Assembly: GCA_951406725.2 (NCBI GenBank)
Contig: OX597827.1
Span: 63,860,001 to 63,924,000, forward strand
Length of the DNA stretch: 64,000 bases
Source: Octopus vulgaris
Taxonomy: Eukaryota
Reading direction: 5' to 3'
Positions within the stretch are counted from its first letter, which is position 1, and every line of letters starts with the position of its first letter. The notes beneath the pieces were generated by a model, which was not told the DNA's origin, ran no database searches, and saw only the letters and a list, made by a program, of their open reading frames with translations. Positions 1 to 13,320 of the stretch are shown here, in pieces. Position numbers and translations under genes: made by a program.

Positions 1-223
1 ATGGTCAGAATACCACCTCAGTCGATATAATGACAAAATAAATTATAAATTTATATATTTATAAATTTATATATATACAGAGAGAGAGAGAGAGATTTAT
101 ATATATTTACAAAGGTATGTTGGTGCAAACAGGAAAATCAGAACTCAAAATATATTTTTAATTATAATTAGCAGAAGCAAGAAAGTGTGAGTCACATTGT
201 TGCTTCTGCTATGTATGTATGTA

Positions 224-272
<49 letters not shown>

Positions 273-1431
273 GTAGGTAGGTAGGTAGGTAGGTAGATAG
301 ATGCAGACACCACACACACGAAGTGTATATAGATATACACACGTGTTCATATGTAATGAATTTTTATACATCCAACCTTTTTATTTTCCATGGTGGACAA
401 AGCATATATATATATATTTAGGTATGTATATGTATTGTGTATATATATTATATAAAATGGATCCCCTTTAAATAAATATTCCTCTCTCTCTGTCTGAATA
501 TGCATGGTGCCCCAGCATAGCCGCGGCCTCCGGGCTAAAACATTTTTAAGGATTTTATATAATGTATGTTTGTATGTATGCATAAAAGCTGCCAGGTGAA
601 AGGGAGATAATTACAATTGTTTAAAGGGAGATAAATCTGCTGGAACTACTCCCTCTTAGACGAATCAAACATGGCGGATTTCAGCGAGGGAAACAATTAT
701 CTCTATCGAGCTCAGTATTGGATTGGTACTTTCTTTTTTATCAACACCGGAGGGTTAAGAGGCAAATTTGACCTCAGCCAGAATGAATGCCAGTCATTTA
801 AAATTCCTTAGTAAAACCTCACTTGGGATGTTTTCACTTTCATCCTTCAGGAGATCAAAAGTAAAGTGCCAATCTTCATTTTATTGTTGTTCTTGTTGTT
901 GTCATTGTTGTATTATAATGTCACCAGTATTGTCAACCTTTCCCCTCTCAAACAACTCCTTCCATATAAGCTAACCATATATTCTCCACTCCACTTCTAC
1001 TCTCCCATCACCACCAAAGTATACACCTTTGTTTCTCTTTTCTACTTTCACTTTCATTTTTCTCTTCTCTACTTTCACTTTCATTTTTCTGTCTTCTCTC
1101 TTCTCTCTCTCACTCTATATCTATCTTTCTCTTCTGGCACACACTCATTACTGTCTCTCTTGCTCTCTGTGTGGTTTTTTTTTTGTATTTTTTCGTTATC
1201 TTTCTCTTATTCTCTCTTCTTCCCAGTCCCTTTCTCTCCCTCTATTTGACTACCTCTCTATCGGTTTCTGTTGCTGATGTTTTATATTTTTTTCGCTGCT
1301 GTTGATGTTTTCTTTGCTGCTGCTGATTTGCTGATGATGCTGTATGCTGCTGCTGCTGATGATGCCGCCATTGTTACGATGTATTGACAATGTTTTTGTT
1401 TGCTTTCCGTTTGGTCTTGGCCTCTTGTTAG

Positions 1432-1575
1432 ATGTCCCACCCCAGGCTGTGACGGCTCAGGACATATTACGGGCAATTATTCCTCCCACCGCAGTCTGTC
1501 GGGCTGCCCTCGGGCAGCCAAGTTAAAGAAAATTCTTGGAAAAGATGGTGAACGCAAAGACGACGAACCACTGAG
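1432..1575 (+). CDS. MYT1: Myt1/Myt1L/ST18-family C2HC zinc-finger transcription factor, internal coding exon A (gene begins upstream of the window)
   Basis: Acceptor ttgttag ends at 1431 and donor gtaggt starts at 1576; 144 bp, phase 2-2. Translates [48 protein letters not shown], a complete zf-C2HC finger of the MYT1 family. Not in the ORF track. Confidence 0.96.
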
Positions 1576-2682
1576 GTAGGTCTTGTTTTATTGTCTGTTT
1601 CCTCATTGTTTTAGAATTTTTTCATTTGGATTTTGATTTTGATAATCAAAACAAAACAATTAATTAATTAACTTAATTAATTAATTTAATTGATTTTTAA
1701 TTTAATTGAAATTTTTTAAAAAAATTAATTTCAAATTTCAATTTGAGATTGAAATTAATTTTTTGGGAAATTAATTTCAAATTTTAAAATTCACTTCTGA
1801 AATTAGAAATCAATTTCAAATTAATTTTAATTTTTGATTAATAAATTTTAATTGACTGATTAAATTTATCTTTACGGATGAGTTAGCATCAGAAACTGTT
1901 ATTCTGACCATTGCTGAATGTATTCTCACAGACACAGTCACACACACACAAACACACATCTATATTTCTTAACAGACATGGAGATGATGACATACGTATA
2001 TATACATACGAGAACATACAAAAACATGTTTCTACATGCACACATTCTTATGTTTACATATTATAATTCATGTGAAACATACACATATATGTATATTGAG
2101 AGACATATCTATATGCGCACACACACATACACAAACACACATACTAACTCACACAAGCACACATACTAACTCACACAAACGCACACAATATTTAGCTGAA
2201 AGAAAAAACACACAACACATGTATATATAGGTATGTGTACATACTGGTTCATGTGTGTGCGTGAGTGTTCCTTCAAATTTTTATGTGTAAATGTGCAAGT
2301 CATATAAATGCTTACATAAGGCTTGTAGTGCATTACAAATACGTGTATGCATGTGTGTGTGTGTGTGTGTGTGAGTGTGTGTGTGATGTGTGCATGCTTA
2401 AATATGTATGTATATATGTATGGTCAGAAATTTATATGTATTAATATATATTTATAAATATATATATATATATTATATGTACACATATATATATACACAC
2501 AAAGACACATATCTACATACAAACACACACACACACAGTCACACACATACTCATTTATACTTCTAAACACACACTGAGATGATGACATACATGTATACAT
2601 GTGCGAACAGACAAAAATATGTTCATACATGCACACATTCTTATGCTTACATATAAGCATGCATACATATACACACACACAT

Positions 2683-2713
<31 letters not shown>

Positions 2714-2757
2714 GATCAATAAATGGTGGGGTTGTGTTGACCGCACGTGGAGAAATG

Positions 2758-3488
2758 ATAAGTAAGGAAAAATTTTTTTAAAAATGCAGAATGCTCAAAT
2801 GAAAGAAAATTTTAATAAAATGAGAAAATGATAAAATATATAAATATATATATTTATTCAACCGGTTTTCGTCAATGTATGACTTGTCAAGAATATTTAT
2901 GTTTTAAGAAGTTTTTTTAAAAATTAGAAAGGGGAAAAAAAGAAAATTGCAATGTTTTTTGTAAAAGAATAATGATAAAAATGTACAAAAATTAAAAAAT
3001 AAGTTCTCCGATACATTGTGAGTTCGTTGTGTATCTTGAGTTTTATGGTTGTTTACCAAAAAATTACCTTGAGGTGTTAAGATCCAAAGGGATTAAGAGC
3101 ATGTGATGTGTTGTGTTGTTGTCACAACAACACAACACATCACATGCTCTTAATCCCTTTTGGATCTTAACACCTCAAGGTAATTTTTTGGTAAACAACC
3201 ATAAAACTCAAGATACACAACGAACTCACAATGTATCGGAGAACTTATTTTTTAATTTTTGTACATTTTTATCATTATTCTTTTACAAAAAACATTGCAA
3301 TTTTCTTTTTTTCCCCTTTCTAATTTTTAAAAAACTTCTTAAAACATAAATATTCTTGACAAGTCATACATTGACGAAAACCGGTTGAATAAATATATAT
3401 ATTTATATATTTTATCATTTTCTCATTTTATTAAAATTTTCTTTCATTTGAGCATTCTGCATTTTTAAAAAAATTTTTCCTTACTTAT
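2758..3488. repeat. 731-bp near-perfect palindrome (two 365-bp arms, 1-nt spacer at 3123)
   Basis: 2758-3122 is the reverse complement of 3124-3488. By eye the only differences are two single-base homopolymer length changes; the right end abuts (TA)n. Confidence 0.95.
3351..3391 (+). ncRNA. Type I hammerhead-like motif, U3-A8 core variant (mirror copy on - strand at 2855-2895)
   Basis: tattc TTGACAA gtca-tacat-tgac GAAA accgg T T gaata: stem I 5 bp, stem II 4 bp, self-complementary AACCGGUU in the stem III position. Confidence 0.65.
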
Positions 3489-3671
3489 ATATATATATAT
3501 ATACATACATATATATATATACATATATACTTTATATATGTGTGTGTGTGTGTTTATATATATGTATATGTGGATGTATGTATACATATATGTGTGTATA
3601 TATATATTAATATTTATATATATATATATCTACAAAAATATATAAACTTATACATACATATATACTTGTAC

Positions 3672-3715
<44 letters not shown>

Positions 3716-4213
3716 ATGTCTGAAGCTTGTGTGTAACTCAGGTACCAGGTTAGAAAAGAAATGAAAACAAATCCAAAATTGCAAAACGCATTTGCACTGA
3801 GACACATTACCCTCCTCCTCCATTGCAACTGATCCTTGCAGTAAAGAGAGTTGAGTTCTCTGCAAAGCACAGGGTCATTCTGGTGAGTGTTAGTTGTCTA
3901 ATCACATCTCATTCATCTACTGTTGTGTATGGTCTAGTGACAATTGCTGTGACTGAAAGTCCAGCCCGACCAAAGCAGGACAAGCTCATTCTAGAAGACT
4001 CCTAGAGACAAACACACATAACACCTACAAGGTTTTGCAGAAACGTTGAAAGGTTACTTGTAGCCAAGATTTCATGCAACACTTACTAGTTTCATTAGTC
4101 TCACATCATAGGTTTCTTAAAGGAGGATGCATCGCAGGTAGTTGATGGGGCTAATGTTTCAAGTTAGTTATTACCATAGTAGCAATAACAACAGCAAAAT
4201 ATTAAGAATGCAC

Positions 4214-4274
<61 letters not shown>

Positions 4275-4322
4275 TATGTTTACATATATATGCTTGTGTG
4301 TATATGTATGTATGAATGTATT

Positions 4323-4354
<32 letters not shown>

Positions 4355-4486
4355 TATACATATGTGTGTGTGTGTATTTATATATCAATACATATACATA
4401 TATGTGTGTGTATATATGTATATTTATATACATACATATATATATATGGATGCATATATATATATATGCATATATTTACATATGTT

Positions 4487-4522
<36 letters not shown>

Positions 4523-5027
4523 TATCCGTATACATTCATATATATATACATATGTGTGTATGTATATATATATATATATATATATATAAATTCATATATG
4601 ACATATATCTTTGCACTTTTTTTTAATTTTTATCTCTGTGTGTGCTTTAGTAACTTTTGCATATTTATTTCATTTTTGTTGTTTTTGTGTGAACATTTTT
4701 ATCCATTTTACCTGATTTTTTGTTCGAAAAAAAGGATTTGTTTATTTTATTTTCTATTTTATTTTATTGTTCTTTTCCTTTTTTTATGCAAATGATGAAA
4801 GGGGGTGGGAGATATAGTATTTCTAAATCTGGTACATTTCATATTTCAATGTGTGGATGGAATATAAGCATATTGGTCAGTAAAATGGCTCATTTCACAT
4901 AAGAAGAAAACAAGACAAGTCTTGTGAAAGTATGTCTGTGAATTCGTTCCTGTGTGCGTATGCATGCTCTCACAAACATACATATACTTGCACACACATA
5001 CATGTATACGCATTCACATATGCATGC

Positions 5028-5074
<47 letters not shown>

Positions 5075-5097
5075 AATATATATACACTAGATACATA

Positions 5098-5292
5098 TAA
5101 GAGGGATGACCACTAAGTGGACATCCATTATGCTAGAAGTTGACCCCCCCCCCCCTATGGTCTTACCACTAAGAAAGGAATGTTCTCAAGAAAAATTTAG
5201 CAAACGACAGAGAACATTCCTTTCTTAGTGGTAAGCCATAGGGGGGTAGACTTCTAGCATAATGGATGTCCACTTAGTGGTCATCCCTCTTA
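5098..5292. repeat. Fold-back element (~85-90 bp inverted arms, ~22-nt loop), MITE- or PLE-derived
   Basis: taagagggatgaccactaagtggacatcc...ggaatgttctc is mirrored by gagaacattcc...gtggtcatccctctta; the arms differ mainly in the C/G run length. Confidence 0.85.
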
Positions 5293-5458
5293 CATGTATG
5301 CAATATAATTTTTCTGAATCTTCAGATTTTTCTATATGCTAGACCACGGGTTTTAAATTGATATTAATCAAATTAATATTTAATTTTCAACCCTTATTAT
5401 TTTAAATTTATATACAATAGATAGATGGATGGATAGATAGATAGACAGATAGATAGAC

Positions 5459-5530
<72 letters not shown>

Positions 5531-5849
5531 GGATATAATATGATATTCGTATATGTATCTACATCTACACGTGCATGTATAGATATTTATGCACACACAC
5601 GTCCATATATATAGATGTATTTACACACACATCTATATGCTCATACACGAGCATATATAAATGAATGAATGCACATGTATGTTTATATGTGTGTGTGTGT
5701 GTGTGTGTAAATAAATCTTCTTAAACACTCTCAATGAATTTCAACTTTCATTTTGTACATGCTTATATTTATATTTGCATGTATGTTTGTATGTGCTTAT
5801 ATATGTGTGTGTACATACATAAACACACACATATATATGTATGCATATA

Positions 5850-6030
5850 GGGAGAATTCACAAAAAAAAACAAAAGACGAACACAATGGGTGTAGACAAC
5901 AAACAGATGTATTAGTATAAAGCTCAGGAAGTGAGAAAGTCTTTAAAGTTTCGAATCTATGCTCTTTCACAGAAAGGAACACAGAAAGAAACAAGGAGAG
6001 AAAATAAAGAATGTGTAGTGGCTATCCATT
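5850..6030. mobile_element. ~180-bp dispersed repeat (PLE pLTR/retrozyme-like family H) in TA-rich context
   Basis: Shares ggagaattcacaaaaaaacaaaagacgaa...gtagacaacaaacagatgtattagt...gtttcgagcctatgctctt with copies at ~21085, ~24245, ~29430, ~52290 (inverted) and ~57235 (partial). Confidence 0.75.
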
Positions 6031-6105
6031 TATACATATATATATATGTATGTATAAGTCTATATAAACAATGCAGTCAAGGTTAGAAGAATAAGGTAAT
6101 GGGCA

Positions 6106-6146
6106 TATACTGATGAAAGAGCAACAGCTCTTAAAATATCTATATA
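6106..6146 (+). ncRNA. Degenerate hammerhead-like motif (G12 lost)
   Basis: tata CTGATGA aagagc-aaca-gctctt AAAA tatc T A tata: canonical CUGAUGA and a 6-bp stem II, but GAAA reads AAAA. Confidence 0.4.
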
Positions 6147-6346
6147 CAACTATTACCTATTTTTTTTTTTTTTTACTATCTTCGTTCGCTTTGTTTGCAT
6201 TAACGTATTCGGATAGAAAACATCGTAACTTTCTGTACTGTTTCTGAATTCTACAGAAAATCTGTAGATAAGCTTGTGTGTGTGTGTACATATTTATATA
6301 TATGATTTCATATACAGATATGAAATTATGCATTAAGAGAACCCTG

Positions 6347-6401
6347 ATCACAACTGCCCGACGATCGAAAACCTGAAACACTGAGTAGCAGTTTTTGTGA
6401 T
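6347..6401 (+). ncRNA. Hammerhead-like motif, degenerate (core CCGACGA, stem II decayed)
   Basis: aactgc CCGACGA tcgaaaacct GAAA c-actga-g TA gcagtt: 6-bp stem I extended by atcaca/tgtgat, with a GUA cleavage triplet. Confidence 0.5.
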
Positions 6402-6835
6402 GTCTTTGCAGCTTTTCTTATATAAAAAAAGGCATATTACTCTACCTCCGGTATTCGAGTACTATTTTGTCTATCTTATTTCCACATTTATGTGCTATCT
6501 CGTGTGTGTGTGTGTGTACATACTAGGAAAGGATTAGTTCTCACGGACGTACGCAGTGATGTTGTATTGTTCTGTTTTTGTTTATTTTATTCATAGTAAT
6601 TTCTGTTGTTTTTTTTTGTTATATTATTTTCATTTTATTTTCCATTCATTACATCGTCGACGGCGTTGAGTTCTCGAGTTCTCTTTCACACCTCTTCGAT
6701 GAAAACATGGGACTTTTGGGGGGTTTTTTGTCATATTTTCGTTATTGCGTTGTAGTCTATTTGTTTTCTTTTAATTTATATTATTTTGTGTATGTGGGTG
6801 TTGTTATATTTTTATAGATGTATGTGTATATATGC

Positions 6836-6932
<97 letters not shown>

Positions 6933-6972
6933 ATGCACACAAACATATATATGTATAAACACAGATAGATAG

Positions 6973-7008
<36 letters not shown>

Positions 7009-7014
7009 TATATG

Positions 7015-7054
<40 letters not shown>

Positions 7055-7131
7055 TAATATTCGTATATGAATACACATCTATACATGCATGTATCAATGT
7101 ATAAGCACACACATATCCATGTATATAGATG

Positions 7132-7133
<2 letters not shown>

Positions 7134-7185
<52 letters not shown>

Positions 7186-7663
7186 TGTGTACAGTGCTCA
7201 GGTGCACTACAACTCATCTAAAGTGTATATTTAATCAGGTGTAGTTTCGACGGATTTCGGGAAGCATGAGGGCCTTAAAGGATGCAGTGTCATGGCAGTC
7301 AACAACTGATGCAGGCAGCGTGAAAAAATGTTTCCGAAAGTCATGGGAGCTGTGCTGTTTTCTGACTTTGTAGGCATGTCCACGTGTGTTAGACACATGG
7401 AGATCAAAAAGGTGTTCAGTGTTGTTGTTGGTGAGGTGGTTGATAACCTTGTGGGTGTTTACCAAGTCCGTCGCCAGACGCCGGAGCTTCAGTGAATCCA
7501 TGCCCAGGGAAACAAGGCGCTCAGAATATGGTAGGTGTCTGATGGAGGGTATGCGTTTGGTTGCACGTCTCTGGACAGATTCCAGGAGGTCAATGTTCTG
7601 AGCAAGATAGGGATTCCAAACTGATGATGCGAATTCCAAGTGCGGTCGTACCATAGCTGTATA
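7134..7663 (-). mobile_element. 5'-truncated CR1/L2-group LINE (RT C-terminus, 3' UTR, (TTA)n tail)
   Basis: ORF 7235..7672 reads YTAMVRPHLEFASSVWNPY...ESVQRRATK...LPYSERL...LKLRR...TRGH...RKHFF, typical of a CR1-type ORF2 end. The (AAT)n run at 7135-7185 is the tail; tgtata is duplicated at 7130-7135 and 7658-7663. Confidence 0.9.
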
Positions 7664-7729
7664 CACAGACACGCATCTATATATTCATACACGAGCTCAT
7701 ATAATTGAATGTATACACATGTATGTTTA

Positions 7730-7767
<38 letters not shown>

Positions 7768-8050
7768 CATACACGTATATGTGTATATACAGCTTGAATT
7801 ATATGTATCATAACTAATTCGAATTTTGCTGAACCTACAAACGTATATTATTGTATATCACATTTCTATACCAACCTCACCGCTAAATATGTTTCTTGTT
7901 GATATCATCATAGCAGAGTTTGACGGATATATGTTTGTGTGTGTGTGTGTGATATTATATACACTTATACTATGAGCCTTCCATAGTAGCTTTCTCCCCC
8001 GTAAATCGCAAAGCCTTTCGGGTTTGTTTATAAAAATATTATTTATGTAG

Positions 8051-8129
<79 letters not shown>

Positions 8130-8531
8130 TAGATAGATATATATATTGCTGCATGCGTTTGGTGGGGACAACTGAATGGTAGAAATAGTCGAGACTGAAT
8201 ACTATGATAGTTGATTTGCCCTTCACCTCTCCTGCTTTTTGAAGTGAAAGAAGTACCATCACATGAAGAAGGCCCCGTATTTTGATTCTTAGCCTCATCA
8301 CATCTTTTGCCATCCTCGTTCTTCTTCTTTCACATCTGCAGGGGTATATATTCTTTGTACCAGTATATGGCATTCATTGTCTACTTGTTAGTGACAAACC
8401 TATTGAATAATCTCGCTGACAACATTTGGGAACTTGTAACGTTTTCATGATAAGCTGCTTCCGTTGTATGTGTGCATGCACATACAGAAAATTTAGTCAT
8501 ATAGCTTCGCATCCGATTAGTGCGCGTGTGT

Positions 8532-8885
8532 GAGGGCGCAATGGTCCAGTGGTTATGGCTGCGGACTCACGGTCATAGGATCGCGGTTTCGATTCCCAGA
8601 CCGGGCGCTGTGAATGTTTATTGAGCGAAAACACCTAAAGCTCCACGAGACTCCGACAAGGAATGGTGGTGAACCCTGCTCTACTCTTTCACCACAACTT
8701 ACTCTCACTCTTATTTCCTGTTTCTGTTGTGCCTGTAATTCAAAGGGCCAACCTTGTCACACTCTGTGTCATGTTGAATGTCCCCGAGAACTATGTTACG
8801 GGTACATTGGTCTGCGGAGTGCTCGAGCAGGCTGTTCCGTTGATCGGATCAACTGGAACCCTCGTCGTCCTAAGCGACGGAGTAC
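8532..8885 (+). mobile_element. tRNA-derived SINE (family C)
   Basis: Head ggcgcaatggtccagtggtta...ggtttcgattccc carries A/B-box-like motifs; related copies at 46215-46529 (-) and 56949-57222 (+). Confidence 0.75.
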
Positions 8886-8990
8886 CAACAAGTGTGCGTG
8901 TGTGTAGGTATAAATATATGATGTAAATTAAAATATTTCATTTTTGGATTTCGTTTGCAAGATACTTTATATGAGTTCGTGTGTTGAAGC

Positions 8991-9232
8991 ATATTCTGTT
9001 GTGTCTGAGGAGAGTCATTTTCTTTTTGGGCCTTATAATTTAACACACGTACCGGTAAAATTTCCACTTATATCTTATTTTTATATTCCTAAAATTTTCG
9101 TTGCGTCTTGCGACCTTTTCAACGAAAATTTTAGGAAAATAAAAATAAGTTATAAGTGGAAATTTTACCGGTACGTGTGTTAAATTATAAGGCACAAAAA
9201 GAAAATGACTCTCCCCAGACACAACAGAATAT
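8991..9232. repeat. Fold-back element (~113-bp arms) whose centre overlaps a - strand hammerhead-like core
   Basis: atattctgttgtgtctg...aaaattttcgttg is mirrored by caacgaaaatttt...cagacacaacagaatat. The - strand of 9086-9122 reads TTGAAAA g gtcgc-aagac-gcaac GAAA atttt aggaa. Confidence 0.85.
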
Positions 9233-9496
9233 TAATATATATCATATATATATAACATACATACTTATATATATTTACAGCTTGACGTATTCGAAACCCC
9301 AATTACTTAAGATACATTTTATCAAAATTTATGCCTGCTATCGAGAGTAACTTCCCTTGCGCTGTTAACTTCAGTTTCAAAAACTCGCAGGTTATCTCCC
9401 TTCTAGAAACATTATACCTGAGAGTTATCTTTCCGTTATTTCTCTAACGTCCACCAGGAGAAGCTAACTACTGTGTCAGATACCTAATGCTTACAA

Positions 9497-9712
9497 GGCG
9501 GCGAGCTGGGAGAAACGTCAGCATCCCGGGCAAAATGCTTAGTGGTATTTCATCTGCCACTATGTTCTGAGTTCAAATTCCGGGAAGGTCGACTTTGCCT
9601 TTCATCCTTTCGGGGTCGATAAATTAAGTACCAGTTACGCACTGTAGTCGATGTAATCAACTTAATCCGTCTGTCCCCTCTGTGTTTAGCCCCTTGTGGG
9701 TAGTAAAGAAAT
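9497..9712 (+). mobile_element. tRNA-derived SINE (family A, most abundant in the window)
   Basis: ggcggcgagctgg...gagttcaaattcc (B box)...ggtcgactttgcctttcatcctttcggggtcgataaattaagtaccag; about 20 recognisable copies or fragments in the window. Confidence 0.85.
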
Positions 9713-11861
9713 ATGTATTTCATCCGTCTTACGTTCTGAATTCAAATTCCGACTTAGACAAGTGCTGAAAAGTGGTACCAACGGAAGTGGTCGATTTTCA
9801 AAATAAAACGCCCTATAGACATCAATGAAAAAGAAATAAAATTTATGAATTTATTCTTTGTATGTAACCCGGTTGTTACACGTTCATATTTATGTATATG
9901 CGTAGGTATTCGTATATATGAATACATCCCCCACTTTTAGTACTATTTTGTTAAGCGCTTATAGTAAACAGTATGAGCTGTGTCTAAGGTGGATACGCAC
10001 AATGTGTATCACTCCGCTAGACAAATACAGTTTGTAAACATACCAATAAACACGTAGAATCATAATAATACCTTCAGTGAGTTGTTCATTATCCCAACAC
10101 GAACCAAAAGAATACATCACACGGTGTGTTTGAGGACCCTGCAGGACACCCATAACATACTGTACAGTCACAGTTGATTGTCAAGAATAACCTGGAATTG
10201 AACAGCAACATTTTCACAACGTTCATTTGCTGTATCTCTTGGATTGCTAGAAATAGCAGGCAAATGCTCTTAATTTATATAGTGATTGTATGTAAACATT
10301 GTGTAAATATCGTCGTTGGCTTCTAACACAAAATAATTTTATACCCGCCCAATTTACAAATAAAAACAAATCATTTTCTTTGTAACTATTAAGATTAATT
10401 AAACTGAGTTTAATTAATCTTAGTGGTGGTATAGGCAAAGTGATTTTTTTTTTAATATTTTATTTCTAAAAGTCTCTTCTTTTTACGTTATCACAATTTC
10501 CCTTGCCCGAAAAAAATAAGAAAGAAATACGAAAATATGGCTCAGTAAAACCATCCAATTCCTCGCCAGATTCTTTTTCCTTAAATGGCATCTGTCTCGA
10601 CTACAACGAGAATTGCACTGGCTAAAGAAAAAAAAAACTGTTGACCTCTGTGTAGTGACTCCAGTACAGTGCCACCTTTCATTTACTTTTCTTCTCATGT
10701 GTAGCATTGCATCATGCAAGAAATTGAGAAGCACTGGAGTGAAACTATCCAAGAAAAGGGAGCTTATATCTGGTTCTTTAACCTTCTACACATAGTTTCA
10801 CTTTATCATCGTATAAAGAAGGGAGATTTTGGAAAAGAAGATTCTGTGGCATTAGATCACAGGACCACTCTATCAGCATTCAACTTGGTGGGGTGGGGAG
10901 GATAACAATAACAAGAACCACAATGACTAACATAAGAATTAATACATTCCGTCGTTTGTAAAAACCAAAATCCCACACGCACATACGCACACACACACAG
11001 ACACACATATCATCATCATCACCATCATACTCACCCTATTGTGTCTAATTTCCATCACTCTCTGAGTTGCTACTGCTTATAAGGTCTAGGTGCTCCTTTA
11101 GCTTGATGTCTATGGTTGGGTTCCCTTCCTTATTGACAACCACTTTACAAAGTGTAACCTGGTGCATTTTCTTATGGCAGCAACATTTCAGGGACCTCCT
11201 AATTTATACTTATTTGTACTAGCAATGGTATTCACCCAGGGTGGGTTGAGCCAACTCAAGCCAACGTCATGTTTGGAATTTTCAATGGGGAAACAAGTTC
11301 ACATGTGGTCCCTGACCACATGCATACACATTTTGGGATAGTGTAATCCATAGCAGCTCATCTTGCCGTCGGTTGTTGGAGAGGATTTACTGACCAAGTC
11401 ACTACTGATTATCAGAGCAGACATAACCTGGGTTTGAAGTTGGTTCTAGAGATGTGCTTTAACAAAAGCTAAGGAGTGCCTCACTCCCTCTGGTCTTCCA
11501 GCATGTCAGACACCAATCTGTAATTTCTGAGAGCCCATGCATGCTATTGCTAAATAGTCATCGAACCTGCACTAAGTTCATCCACCCTTTCGACAGGTCT
11601 TGCTTTCTAGCAACCCTCCTCACCAGACAAGTTTGGGTGGGGGGGTGCAGTTTAGTTCCTGACAACCTGACCCATGCAACGAGTTGTATTGGATTCCATT
11701 TTACCAGTAGCTCTCATGAGACACCACAAGTGACCTGGTCCCATAACCTTATGCTTTCTTTGTTCATTTAGCCAATCACTTTAAGTGTGAACAGTAGATG
11801 AGAAGGAGGATGCTTGTACATACTAAATGTTGGTTTGGAGAAGGGACAACTACAAAAATGT

Positions 11862-12245
11862 CGGGGAGTGGATGTGTGGTAAGTAGCTAGCTAACCAACC
11901 ACATGGTTCCAGGTTCAGTCCCACTGTGTGGCATCTTGGGCAAGTGTCTTCTGCTATAGCCCTGGGCCGACTAATGCCTTGTGAGTGGATTTGGTAGACG
12001 GAAACTGAAAGAAGCCTGTCGTATATATGTATATATATATGTGTATGTGTTTCTGTGTTTGTCCCCCTAGCATTGCTCAACAACCGATGCTGGTGTGTTT
12101 ACATCCCTGTCACTTAGCGGTTCGGCAAAAGAGACCAATAGAATAAGTACTGGGCTTACAAAGAATAAGTCCCGGGGTCGATTTGCTCGACTAAAGGCGG
12201 TGTTCCAGCATGGCCGCAGTCAAATGACTGAAACAAGTAAAAGAA
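11862..12245 (+). mobile_element. tRNA-derived SINE with CORE-like segment (family B)
   Basis: ggagtggatgtgtggtaag...ggttcagtccc...cttgggcaagtgtctt (CORE-like), an internal (TA/TG)n tract and a 3' end ccagcatggccgcagtcaaatgactgaaac. Further copies near 13610, 22574, 25140(-), 27054, 30752, 31780, 32925(-), 43908, 44770, 53800, 54533, 60285(-) and 61323. Confidence 0.85.
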
Positions 12246-12585
12246 AAGAATAGAGAATAAAAGAATAAATGGTTGTCGGAGATCTGGTGATAGGAGAGTA
12301 AATATATAGAAGATATTCAATAAATTAGAGCATGTAGGTGACCAAGGAGGAGGGATGAGAGAGAAATGGGAAGAACAAAAGGATCAGAATGCATAGTATG
12401 GTACAAGGAAGAGGAGCATGGTGACATGGAAACGGGTGGTAGGGGAGGGAGGGATTGATTGACAGAAGTGGAGGTGGGTGATGAGATAAGGTAAGAGTAT
12501 GTGAGGGGTGGCAATTAAGAAGGTTCAAAGGCGAGAGAGTGCTGTGTGGCAGCTGTGTATGTATATCTATATCTGTATATATAAT

Positions 12586-12815
12586 GGCAGCGAGCTGGCA
12601 GAAACGTTAGCACACCGGGCGAAATGCATAGCCGTATTTTGTCTGTCATTACGTTCCGAGTTCAAATTCCGCCAAGGTCGACTTTGCCTTTCATCCTTTC
12701 GGGGTCGATAAATTAAGTACCAGTTACGCACTGGGGTTGGTGTAATCGACCTAATCCCTTTGTCTGTCCTTGTTTGTCCCCTCTATGTTTAGCCCCTTGT
12801 GGGTAGTAAAGAAAT
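12586..12815 (+). mobile_element. SINE family A copy
   Basis: High identity to 9497-9712. Confidence 0.85.
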
Positions 12816-12839
12816 ATATATCTGTATATATTATTATTA

Positions 12840-13210
12840 TTATTTAAAGGTCACACTACATGTATTAAAGTGCTACTAATAGTTCCGTGTATCATAACAA
12901 ACTAAAAACTTGAATAAATAGTAGAAACGCTATGAAGCTGAGAAGGCAGCATATATAAAAACGAAGACAGTAAAATAACAGAAAACGAAACTAAAGTGTC
13001 AAAAAATAAAATGGATTTTCCTCCTTAGGCCTTAAATGATAAGGCTGAAAAGATATGATAAGGCTGGAAAGATATCAAATCAGTCAGGAATAGGCAGAAT
13101 TTTCCAATTCTTCAGAATATATTTATATGTATACAAGAATATATTTGAGTTCACTCAACACATGAAAATATTAGTTGCACTTTAATACATGTATTGTGTC
13201 CTTTAAATAA
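12840..13210. repeat. Element bounded by ~42-bp imperfect inverted repeats
   Basis: ttatttaaaggtcacactacatgtattaaagtgctactaata / tattagttgcactttaatacatgtattgtgtcctttaaataa. Confidence 0.7.
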
Positions 13211-13278
13211 ATAATATTTATCTCTCACCAGACGGAGTACTTTTTTTGTTGAATTTTCTATCACAGATCAGTACATTA

Positions 13279-13320
<42 letters not shown>

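Noticed and set aside
598-700. Repeated AGGGAGATAA-like motifs (inverted versions at 9345-9435)
   Set aside because: Short and degenerate; cannot distinguish a regulatory cluster from an old repeat fragment by eye.
1918-2700. Direct duplication of ~1930-2060 at ~2533-2655
   Set aside because: Real, but an ordinary local duplication of low-complexity intronic sequence with no coding or structural signal.
4082-4165. Possible - strand hammerhead (attag/ctaat stem II, GAAA-CUAG-UA)
   Set aside because: The 5' core reads UUGAAAC and cannot be fitted to NUGANNA in register with stem I; too degenerate to call.
8532-8610. tRNA genes at SINE heads (also 41007, 56949, 60968)
   Set aside because: A/B boxes are present but the acceptor stems are incomplete, and each head continues into a shared SINE body.
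11220-11720. Possible RLE-LINE 3' remnant (EVGSR-like codons)
   Set aside because: Only one short motif is recognisable; not enough to classify without a database search.
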